A stretch of 63,756 bases of DNA, counting the filler, from an uncultured bacterium (GTDB taxonomy: Bacteria > CAYJOG01), in the NCBI GenBank assembly GCA_964371695.1. It is 8 parts of 8 records of this genome, joined end to end, with 100 filler letters (N's around TTAATTAATTAA, not from the genome) between each part and the next. Parts side by side here need not be neighbours in the genome. Positions count along the whole stretch, not along the records: positions 8,096 to 16,073 come from CAYJOG010000110.1; positions 16,174 to 24,143 come from CAYJOG010000111.1; 6 more parts are not named here. The stretch is one strand, 5' to 3'. A program made the translations under genes and the position numbers. The notes beneath the pieces are model-generated. The model worked only from the letters and a program-made list of their open reading frames with translations. It made no database searches and had not been told where the DNA came from. Positions 9,521-19,311 of this stretch are shown one piece after another (within the stretch, counting starts at the first letter, position 1; the number at the start of each line of letters is the position of its first letter).

Positions 9521-10950
9521 TAATTGCTGGCGGCGGCGGAGCCGCTCGCGGCCCCCGGCTGCACGGGCGCCAGTTTCACAAAATTGCCTTTGGGGGTTTC
9601 TTCTTTGGGTTGGAGTTCCCTGGGTTTCAGCGCCCGTTCTTCTTCCAGCTTTTTCATGCGGTCGCGGGTTTTCAGCAGGTTTTTGATGCCGTCTATTTCA
9701 TAGCCGATTTTTTCGATTTCCGCCGGGTCCTTGAGGGTTTTGCGGTATTTCTCCATCAGGGGTAGGGCTTCTTCAAAGTTTTCACGCTTGGCCAGGGCGC
9801 GGGCTTCGTAATAATCCAGCATCGCCTCGGTGTGGCCCTCTTGCCGGAGCGCGCCAATGATGGCCAGCGACCTGTCCGCCCCGGCGTCGTTCTGCAGAGA
9901 CGCCAGCGCCATCAGCCCCACCCGGCTGCGCACGGCGGGGTTGTGTTCCGGCGCGTTGTGAAACGCCCGGGCGAAATGTTCCTGCGCCGCAGTGTAGTTC
10001 CGGCTCTTCTGGTTCAGGTCCGCCAGTTTCAGGCTCACCACCCAGTTTTCGTGATCCTTGCCGCCGCGCCCGGCCACGTCGGCGGTGTTATAGGCCATAT
10101 ACGCTTGGTTTTCCTGTTTCTGCACCAGCATGAGCATGTAGCCGTAATTGGCCCAGGCATAACCGTGCTGGCGGTGGGTGCGGGCGTCTTCCTGAATTTC
10201 ATCCAGCCAGGTTTTGTCGTATTTGCCTTTGTAACGCTTGAACGACCGGGCCTGTTTCACCGTGAGGTTGGCGCGGTCGCGGGGGTGAGTGCAGCCGTGG
10301 TCGATGTCGTCTACCCGCAGGGTGAACAACAGGCGGTCGCAGGCAAACGTGAGGTCGCCCTTTTGTGTGAGGCCGGCTTTTTCGGTCACCCACAGGGGGC
10401 AACCCTTTTTGTCGCAAAACCACGCGGCCACCACCGGGTCCACAATGGTGTTGGTGGCGTCCAGCAGGTCGCGGAACCTGTCCACGCCGCCGTTCTTGTC
10501 AATGTCCACCAGATAGGGCTCCAGCTTTTGAAACAGCGTGTCCAGATTGGCCACGGCTTCTGTGGCGCCTTCCAGCAGGCTGGCGTCCAGAAAACTGTCG
10601 TAGAGGGGTGGATACCACAGGGCGATTTTCTGGTGGTAGTCGGCGTAGGCGTTGTAGGCGGTGAGAAACATCTGCTGAAAACCCTCGTCCTGCGTGGGGT
10701 CTTCACGGGTCACCGTGGGGGTCATGATTTCGGGGGGCGCTTCGGGAGCCTTGCGGATGAACTTGATGTAAATGCCCACCAGCAGCAGCACCCCCAGCAG
10801 GCCCGCGCCCGCGAACATCAGCAGGGGCTTTTTTTCTTCTTCGCGGACAACCTTGGGGGAGTGCAGCACCAGGTCTGCGCCGCAGTGGGTGCAGAACTTG
10901 GGCGGCGGCTCCCGCAATGCAACCCCGCACTTGGGGCAATTCAGCGCCAT
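9520..10950 (-). CDS. Membrane-anchored protein with N-terminal zinc ribbon and C-terminal TPR-like repeats
   Basis: CPKCG...FCTHCG, one TM helix, and helical TPR-like repeats (YAWANYG, YYEARAL). Confidence 0.65.
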   Translation of the reverse strand: MALNCPKCGVALREPPPKFCTHCGADLVLHSPKVVREEEKKPLLMFAGAGLLGVLLLVGIYIKFIRKAPEAPPEIMTPTVTREDPTQDEGFQQMFLTAYNAYADYHQKIALWYPPLYDSFLDASLLEGATEAVANLDTLFQKLEPYLVDIDKNGGVDRFRDLLDATNTIVDPVVAAWFCDKKGCPLWVTEKAGLTQKGDLTFACDRLLFTLRVDDIDHGCTHPRDRANLTVKQARSFKRYKGKYDKTWLDEIQEDARTHRQHGYAWANYGYMLMLVQKQENQAYMAYNTADVAGRGGKDHENWVVSLKLADLNQKSRNYTAAQEHFARAFHNAPEHNPAVRSRVGLMALASLQNDAGADRSLAIIGALRQEGHTEAMLDYYEARALAKRENFEEALPLMEKYRKTLKDPAEIEKIGYEIDGIKNLLKTRDRMKKLEEERALKPRELQPKEETPKGNFVKLAPVQPGAASGSAAASN

Positions 10951-11103
10951 GGAAAGTTATTGTAGTGGTTTCACGGCGTTTGTCGGGAATAGCGATGCAC
11001 GGGAATCTTTTCCCATTGCTGCCAAGTTTACCGGAGTAGCGGCGACGCCCCCGTCGCCGTGAAGGGGCAAAACCCTTGATTTCATGCTGGTTGTTGCAAG
11101 ACG

Positions 11104-11170
11104 GTTTGCGAGGAATCTTTCCAGATGCCTATTGAGGCATCTGGCCGAGCAAAGGCGATAGCGGCGTCGC
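11104..11170 (+). repeat. ~65-bp hairpin-containing repeat; second direct copy at 13268-13334
   Basis: GTTTGCGAGGARTCTTTCCAGATGCC-loop-GGCATCTGGCCGAGCAAAGGCGATAGC occurs at both sites. Confidence 0.8.
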
Positions 11171-11311
11171 GCCTACTCAAAAAAGGGGCGAAAATGCCTG
11201 ATTTCTCTTCAAACAAAACAGCAATAGACACCGCGCCTACTGCTGCCGGGCACACGGATTTCCGCCCCTGCCGGTTGCGGCTTTGGGCCAGAGTCATTAC
11301 CCTCACGGTTC

Positions 11312-13162
11312 ATGTTTCAGAACCTCCACAAACCAGCCCATTGCCGCCTCTGGGTTTTGTTCGGCCTGTGCCTGTGGCTGGTGAACGCCCCGGTGCAGGC
11401 GGCCATGGTGGCCGCTCCCCCTGCGTCGGGGGTCCAAGGCTCCGCCAACATGGGCCAGGCGGCGTCATCTCCCATTCCCCTGGGGGGCATCACGGGCCTG
11501 GAAGCCCCGGTGGACCCGGAGAAATATCAACTGGTGGTGGGTGACACGTTTCAGCTGGCCCTCACCCGCCCCGGTTCACAAACCAACTTCAAAACCCTCA
11601 AGGTGCTGCCAGAGGGCAAACTGGTGCTGCCCTTTCTGGGTGAACTGAAAGCCAGCGGCCAGCGGTTGTCGGACTTCACCGCCGGTGTGGTCAAACGCTA
11701 CAAACAGGCTTTTCCTGATCTGCGGGTGTCATTTCTGCTCATGGACCCAGGTTCTTTTGTGGTGAACCTGCTGGGGGGCGTCAATGGTCCGGGTTTGTAT
11801 CAGGTCAACGGCCTCACCCGCCTGTCCTATCTGTTGCGCCAGGGGGGCGGACTGGCCCCGTGGGGGTCCAAGCGCCGGGTTTTGTTGTTGCAAAACGGCC
11901 AGGAGCGGGCCGTTGATTTGGTGAAATATGAAGAAGAAGGCGACCTGAGCCAGAACCCCTACCTCACACCCGGTCTGATGGTGCGTGTGCCGGTGCGCCA
12001 CGCGGTGGTGGACATAAAGGGCGAAGTCAACGCGCCCAATTCCTACGAACTGCTGGCCTCTGAAACCCTGCGGGAGCTGGTGTCTCTGGCCAAAGGCTTC
12101 ACCGTCAAGGCCAACGGCAACCGCATCATGATCCAGCGGGTGCTGAAGAGCGACAAAGACCCCTCGGCCTTTCGGCAGATTGACGTGCGCTGGCCCGTCG
12201 AGGGCGCACCCGCCCCCCAGCTCGAAGATGGCGACGTGGTGACGGTTTATTCCTACACCCACGCCAAGGGCAGTTTTGTGTCGGTGGAAGGCCCCGTGCG
12301 CCTGCCGGGACAGGTGGACCTGAACGCGGGCAGCTCGCTGAAGGATGTCCTCTTTCGCGTGGGCGGCCTGGACCCGGCCAAAAAACCCACCGAGGCCATG
12401 CTGCTCACCATTGATGAAAAAGACAACCCCCGCAAGGAGCGCCTGAGCCTGAAGGGTTATCCCGACATCGAAGACCGCACACTGCAACCCGGCGACCGGC
12501 TGGTGGTGCTGGACCCGGCCACCATCCGGGGCTTTGTCACGCTGGAAGGCGCACTGGTGCATCCGGGACCGATTCCTTTTCAGGAGGGTCTGACGGTGTA
12601 TGACGCCGTGAATCTGGCGGGGGGCCTGCGGCTGGAGCTTTTTGACAGTGAAAGCATCAAAAAAGAAGAAGCCGACATCAAGACCGTCACCTTTGGCACC
12701 ATTGACCTGCGCAACTCTTTTGTGCTCAGGCGGCGGCTGGACAAAGACGGCCAACTGGAAGAAGACAAAATCATTCCGCTCAGGCTCGACAAACTGATTC
12801 TGGACAAGGATTTTGACTACAACATGGAACTGCAACGGGGCGACCGCGTGATTGTGGCCGAAGAAAACGACGAAGTGATGGTGTCCGGCTTTGTGGAAGA
12901 CCCGGGCACCTACGCCTTTTTGCCCAACCGCTCCGCCATCCATTATCTGCGCCGGGCTGGGCTTTCGCGCAGCGCCGATTACAACACCATTCAGGTCAGG
13001 CGCCAGAACGGCGTGGTGGTGAAAGGCCGCGACGTGGTGGTGTATCCCGGCGAACAGGTGGTGGTGGAAGAAAAAGCCGGCTCGCGCCGCACCAACCGGC
13101 TGAGTTTTTACACCAACCTGCTCACCAGTGTGCTGGTGTTTTCAAACCTGTTCAACAAGTAG
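11312..13162 (+). CDS. Polysaccharide export protein with multiple SLBB domains (Wza/KpsD-like)
   Basis: Signal peptide, Poly_export-like domain (YQLVVGD...EGKLVLPFLGEL) and repeated SLBB units (V.G.V..PG.Y, AGG). Confidence 0.85.
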   Translation: MFQNLHKPAHCRLWVLFGLCLWLVNAPVQAAMVAAPPASGVQGSANMGQAASSPIPLGGITGLEAPVDPEKYQLVVGDTFQLALTRPGSQTNFKTLKVLPEGKLVLPFLGELKASGQRLSDFTAGVVKRYKQAFPDLRVSFLLMDPGSFVVNLLGGVNGPGLYQVNGLTRLSYLLRQGGGLAPWGSKRRVLLLQNGQERAVDLVKYEEEGDLSQNPYLTPGLMVRVPVRHAVVDIKGEVNAPNSYELLASETLRELVSLAKGFTVKANGNRIMIQRVLKSDKDPSAFRQIDVRWPVEGAPAPQLEDGDVVTVYSYTHAKGSFVSVEGPVRLPGQVDLNAGSSLKDVLFRVGGLDPAKKPTEAMLLTIDEKDNPRKERLSLKGYPDIEDRTLQPGDRLVVLDPATIRGFVTLEGALVHPGPIPFQEGLTVYDAVNLAGGLRLELFDSESIKKEEADIKTVTFGTIDLRNSFVLRRRLDKDGQLEEDKIIPLRLDKLILDKDFDYNMELQRGDRVIVAEENDEVMVSGFVEDPGTYAFLPNRSAIHYLRRAGLSRSADYNTIQVRRQNGVVVKGRDVVVYPGEQVVVEEKAGSRRTNRLSFYTNLLTSVLVFSNLFNK

Positions 13163-13388
13163 GCATGTCACGAATGCCTGATGATCCGCCGCGCCGCCGG
13201 GTTTGGTTTTTCAAACCCATGTAGAGTAGGCGCGGTGTCCTCACCGCGCTGAGAAACAACGGCGATAGTTTGCGAGGAGTCTTTCCAGATGCCCATCGGG
13301 GCATCTGGCCGAGCAAAGGCGATAGCAACATCGCCGCCATGGCTGTTAGATTCATGAAGAAGGCACAGAAATTACGTGGGTTTTTAAC

Positions 13389-13616
13389 GTAGCCCCGGCG
13401 TCTCGCCGGGAGGATTTGTGGCGCCCGAGGGGCGGCCCGATTTTTTGTTTTTTTTTTTTTTTGATTAAATGGATTTTTTTACCCCAGGGGGGGNNNNNNN
13501 NNNTATTTGTCGCGCCAGAGGCGCGCACCTTTTTGTCTTTTTTTATTTCTCTGAAAAACTTCTATTTTGTGCCGCCTGCGGCGGTTTTCATTCTCCCGGC
13601 GAGACGCCGGGGCTAC
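13389..13616. repeat. REP doublet (REPIN-like) family A, inverted GTAG-REPs
   Basis: GTAGCCCCGGCGTCTCGCCGGGA at 13389-13411 and its reverse complement at 13594-13616. Contains a 10-N gap. Confidence 0.85.
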
Positions 13617-13691
13617 AGGTAATCTAACAGCAATGGACATCGCCGCTACTGAAGGCCGTTGACCAAAAACATTCCGGGGGGAATTGACTGA

Positions 13692-14780
13692 TTGCCCAAA
13701 AAACGCCTGCTGATCTGGGTGTATTCGCTGGAGGCGGGAGGCATGGAGCGGGTGATGGCCACGCTCTCAGGCGCGCTGGATCCGGCGCGGTTTGAGGTAT
13801 GGCTGGTGAGTTGCCTGCCGGGCGGTGCGCTCGCAGAGAGCCTGTTGCCCCATGTGCATCACGTGGCGCTGGGGCACCCCCGCAAGTTTGTGTGGTGGCC
13901 CCGGCTGTGGGCGCTGGTGCAAAAGGTGCGGCCCTTCGCGGTGCTGGCCACGGGGGGCAATTTTGAAAACTTCGTGTGGCTGCGGCGGCTCTCGCCCAGC
14001 CGGTTTCGTCTGGTGGTGCGCCCCGCCGCGCCCCCGGCGTTTTATACCCCGGCTTATCTGGCCCAGCAGGGCCGCGCCCTGGCCCGCGTCAGCGGCGTCA
14101 TTGGCCAGGGCAACAACCACGCCCGCGCCTGGGCGGCGGTGGCCCCCGCCGCCCAAAACCATTTTTTCAGCATCGTCAACCCCGTTGATGCCGCACGGGT
14201 GCGAAAGCTGGCCACTCAACCGGCGGACCCGCTGCCGGGCCAGACCCCCCGCCTGCTCTGCCCCGCATCGCTGCAACGCAACAAGGGACAGGAAATGGTG
14301 ATTGAGGCCATGGGGCTGATGCAACAGCGGGGTCACGCGCCCCCCACGTTCATTTGCCTGGGTCGGGAATACACACCGGGTTACCAGACTTATTTGCAGA
14401 ATCTGGCCACGGAGCGCGGTGTGGCGGACCATGTTTTTTTTCTGCCCCAGGCCCCCAACCCCTGGCCCCTCATGGCCCAGGCCGATGGCATTGTGCTGGC
14501 CTCGCATCTGGAGGGTTTCCCCAACGTATTGGTAGAGGCCATGGCCCTGGGCAAACCCGTGCTGGCCACCGACTGTCCCACCGGCCCCGGCGACATCGTG
14601 ACACCCGAAACCGGCCTGCTGGTGACACCCGAAAGTGTCTGCGCCCTGGCGGACGGGCTGGTGGATTTTCTGTCGCGGCTGCCTGCGTTTGACCCGGCGG
14701 TCATACAAAAAAGCGCCCAGCGGTTTGACCTGTTGCGCGTGCTGCCGCTGTATGAAAAAGCGTTGTTTCAACAAGACTGA
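13692..14780 (+). CDS. Glycosyltransferase family 4 (GT-B)
   Basis: AGGMERV, NP, SHLEGFPNVLVEAMALGKPVLATDCPTGP. TTG start. Confidence 0.88.
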   Translation: MPKKRLLIWVYSLEAGGMERVMATLSGALDPARFEVWLVSCLPGGALAESLLPHVHHVALGHPRKFVWWPRLWALVQKVRPFAVLATGGNFENFVWLRRLSPSRFRLVVRPAAPPAFYTPAYLAQQGRALARVSGVIGQGNNHARAWAAVAPAAQNHFFSIVNPVDAARVRKLATQPADPLPGQTPRLLCPASLQRNKGQEMVIEAMGLMQQRGHAPPTFICLGREYTPGYQTYLQNLATERGVADHVFFLPQAPNPWPLMAQADGIVLASHLEGFPNVLVEAMALGKPVLATDCPTGPGDIVTPETGLLVTPESVCALADGLVDFLSRLPAFDPAVIQKSAQRFDLLRVLPLYEKALFQQD

Positions 14781-14811
14781 ACCATCTGCCCTCAACCTTC
14801 TGCATCCTGTT

Positions 14812-15076
14812 AATACAAATTCTCAACCGAAATGGCATTAACCTTGAGCGATGAACCGGTTGGGAAACGGGTGCTGCGAAGTTCGGCGGGTTGGGTGAGA
14901 ATTGGCATGAATTCATGGATGAATTCGCTCGAACACCGAGGTGCAAAAAGCGCTGGAGGTGTTCGCGGCGCAAGCGGGCTTTGCCTGCGCAGCGCCGGGC
15001 CGCAGCCGTTCACGACGAACGGCAAGGCCTATTAATTCAATGAACATTCATGCTGTTTTGAATGTTCATTGGTATA
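14812..15076 (+). mobile_element. MITE-like repeat family D (full copy); partial inverted copies at 7944-7995, 16021-16073 and 42820-42905
   Basis: Shared GTGTTCGCGGCGCAAGCGGGCTTTGCCTGCGC...GCCGTTCACGACGAACGGCAAGGCC and terminal hairpin CAATGAACATTC...GAATGTTCATTGGTAT. Confidence 0.8.
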
Positions 15077-15090
15077 AGATTCCCCCCCTC

Positions 15091-15834
15091 ATGAAACTCC
15101 GCCTGCTGTATCTGCTTCAACTCCTGGACAGCAAGCTGGCGGCCTTTGAACGCCAGCGCCGCGAACTGCTGGCCCCCACCGAAATCCAGAAGCGCCACGG
15201 GGCGGTGCTGGTGGAGATTGAGCAGCAGAACGCCGTGCTGCACGCCACCCGCCAGACCCTTAAAGACAAACAACTGGCGCTGAAGTCGCTGGAAGACAAA
15301 ATCAACCTCAACCAGAAAAAACTCATGAGCGGCAAGGTGACCAACCCCCGCGAACTGGCCGACCTGGAAAACTTCATCAACGCGCTGAAGCGCGACCAGG
15401 GCGAGCAGGATGAAACGTTGCTCACGCTCATGGACCAGGAAAGCGCCGAGATGCAGGCCCTGACGGTGTTGCAGGGACGCGAAAAACACGCCGCCCGCGA
15501 AATGGCCGAAGAGCAGGAAGAAATCAACCGCGAACTGGCGGCGCTGGATGACCTGACCTTTCGCGTGAAGGATCGGCGTGAAGAGGTGCTGTGTGGTGTG
15601 GACGAAGAGCAACTGGGGCTTTATAAAACCCTGTCGGCGCGCAAGGCGGGGCTGGCGGTGGCGGCGGTGCGCAACGGCAGCGGCGGCGAGTGTTGCGGCG
15701 GCTGCGGCATGACCCTGCCGGACATGGAACTGGATGCCGTGCGTCAGGATGAAGACATCGTGCATTGTTCCAACTGCGACCGCATATTGGTGTGGGACGA
15801 AGAAAATCTGGCTGGGCGGCTGCTGGAGATTTAG
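15091..15834 (+). CDS. Coiled-coil C4 zinc-ribbon protein (DUF164 / CdsZ-HP0958-like)
   Basis: LLQLLDS N-terminus, long coiled coil with NPREL, and CGGC...CSNCDRIL. The ORF-track N-terminus (14941-15090) lies in the repeat and is excluded. Confidence 0.85.
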   Translation: MKLRLLYLLQLLDSKLAAFERQRRELLAPTEIQKRHGAVLVEIEQQNAVLHATRQTLKDKQLALKSLEDKINLNQKKLMSGKVTNPRELADLENFINALKRDQGEQDETLLTLMDQESAEMQALTVLQGREKHAAREMAEEQEEINRELAALDDLTFRVKDRREEVLCGVDEEQLGLYKTLSARKAGLAVAAVRNGSGGECCGGCGMTLPDMELDAVRQDEDIVHCSNCDRILVWDEENLAGRLLEI

Positions 15835-15936
15835 CAGGGTGGTGGCGCCATCTTTGCTGGCGTCATTTCCGTGGGGACGGGATGCCGAAAGCCGGAGGTT
15901 GGTGGCTGGAAAAAGACAAAAACCATCGCCCCCGCC

Positions 15937-15963
15937 GTCATTCCCGCGAAAGCGGGAATCCAG
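15937..15963 (+). repeat. REP family B (GTCATTCCCGCGAAAGCGGGAATCCAG), single copies; also 24922-24948, 37991-38015, 51815-51841 and 59820-59846, degenerate near 40013-40030 and 48245-48271
   Basis: Near-identical palindrome of the form ATTCCC-N8-GGGAAT. Confidence 0.9.
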
Positions 15964-16173
15964 TAGCCGGGTGTTCATCAACACCCGGCTGACAAATTGT
16001 GCGGGCATATATTTCTTCTGATACCAATGAACATTCAAAATAGCAGGAATGTTCATTGGTTTTATTGGCCTTGNNNNNNNNNNNNNNNNNNNNNNNNNNN
16101 NNNNNNNNNNNNNNNNNTTAATTAATTAANNNNNNNNNNNNNNNNNNNNNNNNNNNNNNNNNNNNNNNNNNNN

Positions 16174-17117
16174 ATCTGACTGCCCTTTACCGGCAGATGC
16201 TGCTGATCCGCCGGGCCGAGGAGGCCTGCGCCAAGGCTTATTCCTTTGGCAAAATTGGTGGATTCCTGCACCTTTACATTGGTCAGGAGGCCGTGGCGGT
16301 GGGGGCCATTGCGGCGCTCAAACCTCAGGACAGCGTGGTGGCCACTTACCGCGAACACGGCCACGCCCTGGCGCGGGGCATGCACGTGGCAGACATGATG
16401 GCCGAGCTGTTTGGCAAAGAAGCCGGTTGCAGCAAGGGCCGGGGCGGCAGCATGCATCTGTTTGATGCCGCCACGAATTTTTTAGGGGGCTACGGCATTG
16501 TGGGGGGGCATGTGCCCATTGCGGCGGGGGCCGCTTTTGCCCATAAATACAAGGGAGACGGCGGCGTGTGCCTGTGTTTTTTTGGGGATGGTGCGGCCAA
16601 CATGGGGGCGTTTTTTGAAGGGCTTTCTCTGGCCGGTTTGTGGGAGCTGCCCTGTGTGTTCATTTGCGAGAACAACAAATACAGCATGGGCACGCCGCTG
16701 TATCGCAGCCTGAGTGTGCAGGACGTGAGTCTGCGGGCGGTGCCTTTTGCCATGGATCACGAACGCCTGCCGGGTGACGACGTGATGCACGTCTACCGCC
16801 ACGTCAAAAAGGCTGTGGACCGCGCCCGGAATGAAAACACCCCCACGTTGCTGGAAATCGAGACGTACCGTTTTCGCGGTCACAGCATGTCCGACCCGGC
16901 GAAATATCGCACGCAGGAGGAACTCGACGCCCATTTGCAGCGCGACAGTCTGGCCCGCACCCGTGTGCTGATTCTGGAAGACGACCTGATGACCGAAGAC
17001 GCACTCAAGGCCCTTGAGGCCACCGTGGAAAAGGAAGTGGACGAAGCGGTGAAACAGGCGGAACTCGCGCCAGAACCCAACCCCGAGGATTTTGCGAAAC
17101 ACGTGTTGGTGGACTGA
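16174..17117 (+). CDS. pdhA: Pyruvate dehydrogenase E1 alpha (5' truncated)
   Basis: GFLHLYIGQEA, GRGGSMH, FFGDGA...ENN TPP motif, TYRFRGHSMSD. Confidence 0.93.
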
Positions 17118-17120
17118 CCC

Positions 17121-18098
17121 ATGGCTGTCATTCAATACAGAACCGCGCTCAATCAGGCCATGGCCGAGGAAATGGCCCGTGACGACCGCGTGTTTTTGAT
17201 GGGTGAAGAGGTGGGGCACTATCAGGGGGCTTATAAGGTGAGCCAGGGCCTGCTGGAGCAGTTCGGCGAAAAACGGGTGATTGACACGCCCATCGCCGAG
17301 AGTGGTTTTGCGGGCCTGGGCATTGGCGCGGCGCTGATGGGTCTGAGGCCCATCGTGGAGTTCATGACGTGGAACTTCAGCGCCGTGGCGTTTGACCAGA
17401 TGCTCAACAACGTCACCAAAATCCGTTACATGTCGGGTGGTCAGTTCACGTTGCCCATCGTGTTCAGGGGCGGCACGGGCGCGGCCCACATGCTGGGGGC
17501 GCAGCACAGTCAGGCCATGGAGCATTTTTATGCCCACATGCCGGGTCATTACGTGGTGGTTCCCGCCACGCCGCATGACGCCAAGGGTTTGCTTAAAACC
17601 GCCATCCGCGACGACAACCCCGTGTGCTTTTTTGAAAGCGAAGTGCTCTATGGCGCCAAGGGCGAGGTGCCAGAGGGGGAATACCTCATTCCCTTTGGCG
17701 TGGCGGACATCAAGCGCGTGGGCAGCGACGTGACGATTATCACCTGGGGCAAGGCGTTGTTCACCGTGTTGGAGGCCGCCGAGCGCTTGGCGCAGGACGG
17801 TGTGCAGGCCGAGGTGGTGGACCTGCGCTGCATCCGCCCGCTGGATGAAACCGCCATTTTCAATTCGGTGGCCAAAACCAGCCGGTGTGTGGTGGTGCAG
17901 GAGGGCTGGCCCTTTGGCGGCATCGGCGCGGAAATCGTCTACCGCATCCAGCACGCCATTTTTGACAGCCTGGACGCGCCGGTGGAGCGGGTCTCGAACG
18001 AAGACGTGCCCATGCCTTATAACAAGAACATGGAAAAACGCGTGCTGCCCACGGTGGCGCGTATTCTTGAAGCCGTGAGAAAGGTGACCTACAGCTGA
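17121..18098 (+). CDS. pdhB: Pyruvate dehydrogenase E1 beta
   Basis: GEEVGHYQGAYKVS, DTPIAE, EFMTWNF, AQHSQ. Confidence 0.93.
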   Translation: MAVIQYRTALNQAMAEEMARDDRVFLMGEEVGHYQGAYKVSQGLLEQFGEKRVIDTPIAESGFAGLGIGAALMGLRPIVEFMTWNFSAVAFDQMLNNVTKIRYMSGGQFTLPIVFRGGTGAAHMLGAQHSQAMEHFYAHMPGHYVVVPATPHDAKGLLKTAIRDDNPVCFFESEVLYGAKGEVPEGEYLIPFGVADIKRVGSDVTIITWGKALFTVLEAAERLAQDGVQAEVVDLRCIRPLDETAIFNSVAKTSRCVVVQEGWPFGGIGAEIVYRIQHAIFDSLDAPVERVSNEDVPMPYNKNMEKRVLPTVARILEAVRKVTYS

Positions 18099-18099
18099 C

Positions 18100-19311
18100 A
18101 TGGCCCTGATCGCGCAGATGCCCAAGCTCACCGACACCATGGAAGAAGGTGTCATCGTCCGCTGGATGATCAAGCCGGGCGACGCGGTGAAGCCCGGTCA
18201 GCAGGTGGCCGAGGTGGAGACCGACAAGGCTGTGATGCCGCTGGAGGCCTTTGACCCCGGCGTGGTGCTCAAACTGCTGGCGGTGGAGGGAAAACCCGTG
18301 CCGCTGGGTGAGGGCATCTATCTGCTGGGGGCCGAGGGTGAAGCCCCGCCGCCAGAGGGGGCCATGCCTGCGCCCGCGCCAGCCGCCGCCCCTGCGGCTG
18401 CGCCTGTTGCGCCAGTCGCCGCTTTGGCAGCGCCACCGGCGGTGGAATTGCCCCCCGGCGCAGCCACCAAGCGCATTCGTGTCAGCCCCCTGGCCGCCAA
18501 AATGGCCAGCGAGCAGGGGCTGGACCTGCTCACCCTCACGGGCAGCGGCCCGGCGGGGCGCATTGTGCGGCGCGATGTGGAGGAAGCCCTCAAAAAACGG
18601 CAAGAGAAACAGGCCCCCACACAGCGGGGCAGCGAAATCACCCCTCTTTCCATGCTGCGCAAGACAGTGGCCAAACGTCTCACCCAGGCCAAGCAGCAGG
18701 TGCCCCATTTTTATCTGGAACGCGAGGTGGACGCCACGGCGCTCAAACAGTTGCAGCAGACACTGAAGGCCGAACTGCCCGACGCCCACATCAGCCTCAA
18801 CGACGTGCTCATCAAATGCTGCGCCCACGCCCTGCGCCGTGTGCCCGCCTGCAACGCCAGTTTCACCGAGGAGGGCATCGCCACCCACAGCGCCATACAC
18901 GTGAGTGTGGCCGTGGCCATTGAAGAAGGCCTCATCACGCCGGTCATCCGCAACGCCGATCAGAAGTCCGTGCTTCAAATCGCCACCGAAATGCACGCCC
19001 TGGCCGAAAAAGCCAAAGCCCGGCGGCTGATGCCAGAGGAATATACCGGCGGCACGTTTTCGCTCAGCAACCTGGGCATGTTCGGCATCGACAAATTCGC
19101 CGCCATCATCAACCCGCCAGAGGCCATGATTCTGGCGGTGGGCAAGGTGATACCAAAACCGGTGGTGGAGAACGGCCAGGTGGTGGTGCGTGACAGGCTG
19201 TGGCTCACGCTGAGTTGTGATCACCGGGTGGTGGACGGCGCGCTGGCGGCGACGTTCATCGCCGAGCTGGCCCAGGCCATCGAACATCCGTTAAGGATGC
19301 TGGTGGTATGA
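18100..19311 (+). CDS. pdhC: Dihydrolipoamide acetyltransferase E2
   Basis: Lipoyl motif ETDKA, E3-binding domain GSGPAGRI, catalytic DHRVVDG. Confidence 0.93.
   Translation: MALIAQMPKLTDTMEEGVIVRWMIKPGDAVKPGQQVAEVETDKAVMPLEAFDPGVVLKLLAVEGKPVPLGEGIYLLGAEGEAPPPEGAMPAPAPAAAPAAAPVAPVAALAAPPAVELPPGAATKRIRVSPLAAKMASEQGLDLLTLTGSGPAGRIVRRDVEEALKKRQEKQAPTQRGSEITPLSMLRKTVAKRLTQAKQQVPHFYLEREVDATALKQLQQTLKAELPDAHISLNDVLIKCCAHALRRVPACNASFTEEGIATHSAIHVSVAVAIEEGLITPVIRNADQKSVLQIATEMHALAEKAKARRLMPEEYTGGTFSLSNLGMFGIDKFAAIINPPEAMILAVGKVIPKPVVENGQVVVRDRLWLTLSCDHRVVDGALAATFIAELAQAIEHPLRMLVV

Noticed and set aside
13412-13503. Long T and G homopolymers that look like a phase-variation tract; similar at 40060-40127 and 48195-48208
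   Set aside because: They abut N gaps or contig ends and look like degraded read ends inside hairpin repeats.
16482-19287. Long antisense ORFs over pdh genes, and likewise over thrS, ftsZ, the USP gene, valS and others
   Set aside because: Shadow ORFs expected from high GC3 codon bias; no recognisable motifs or start signals.
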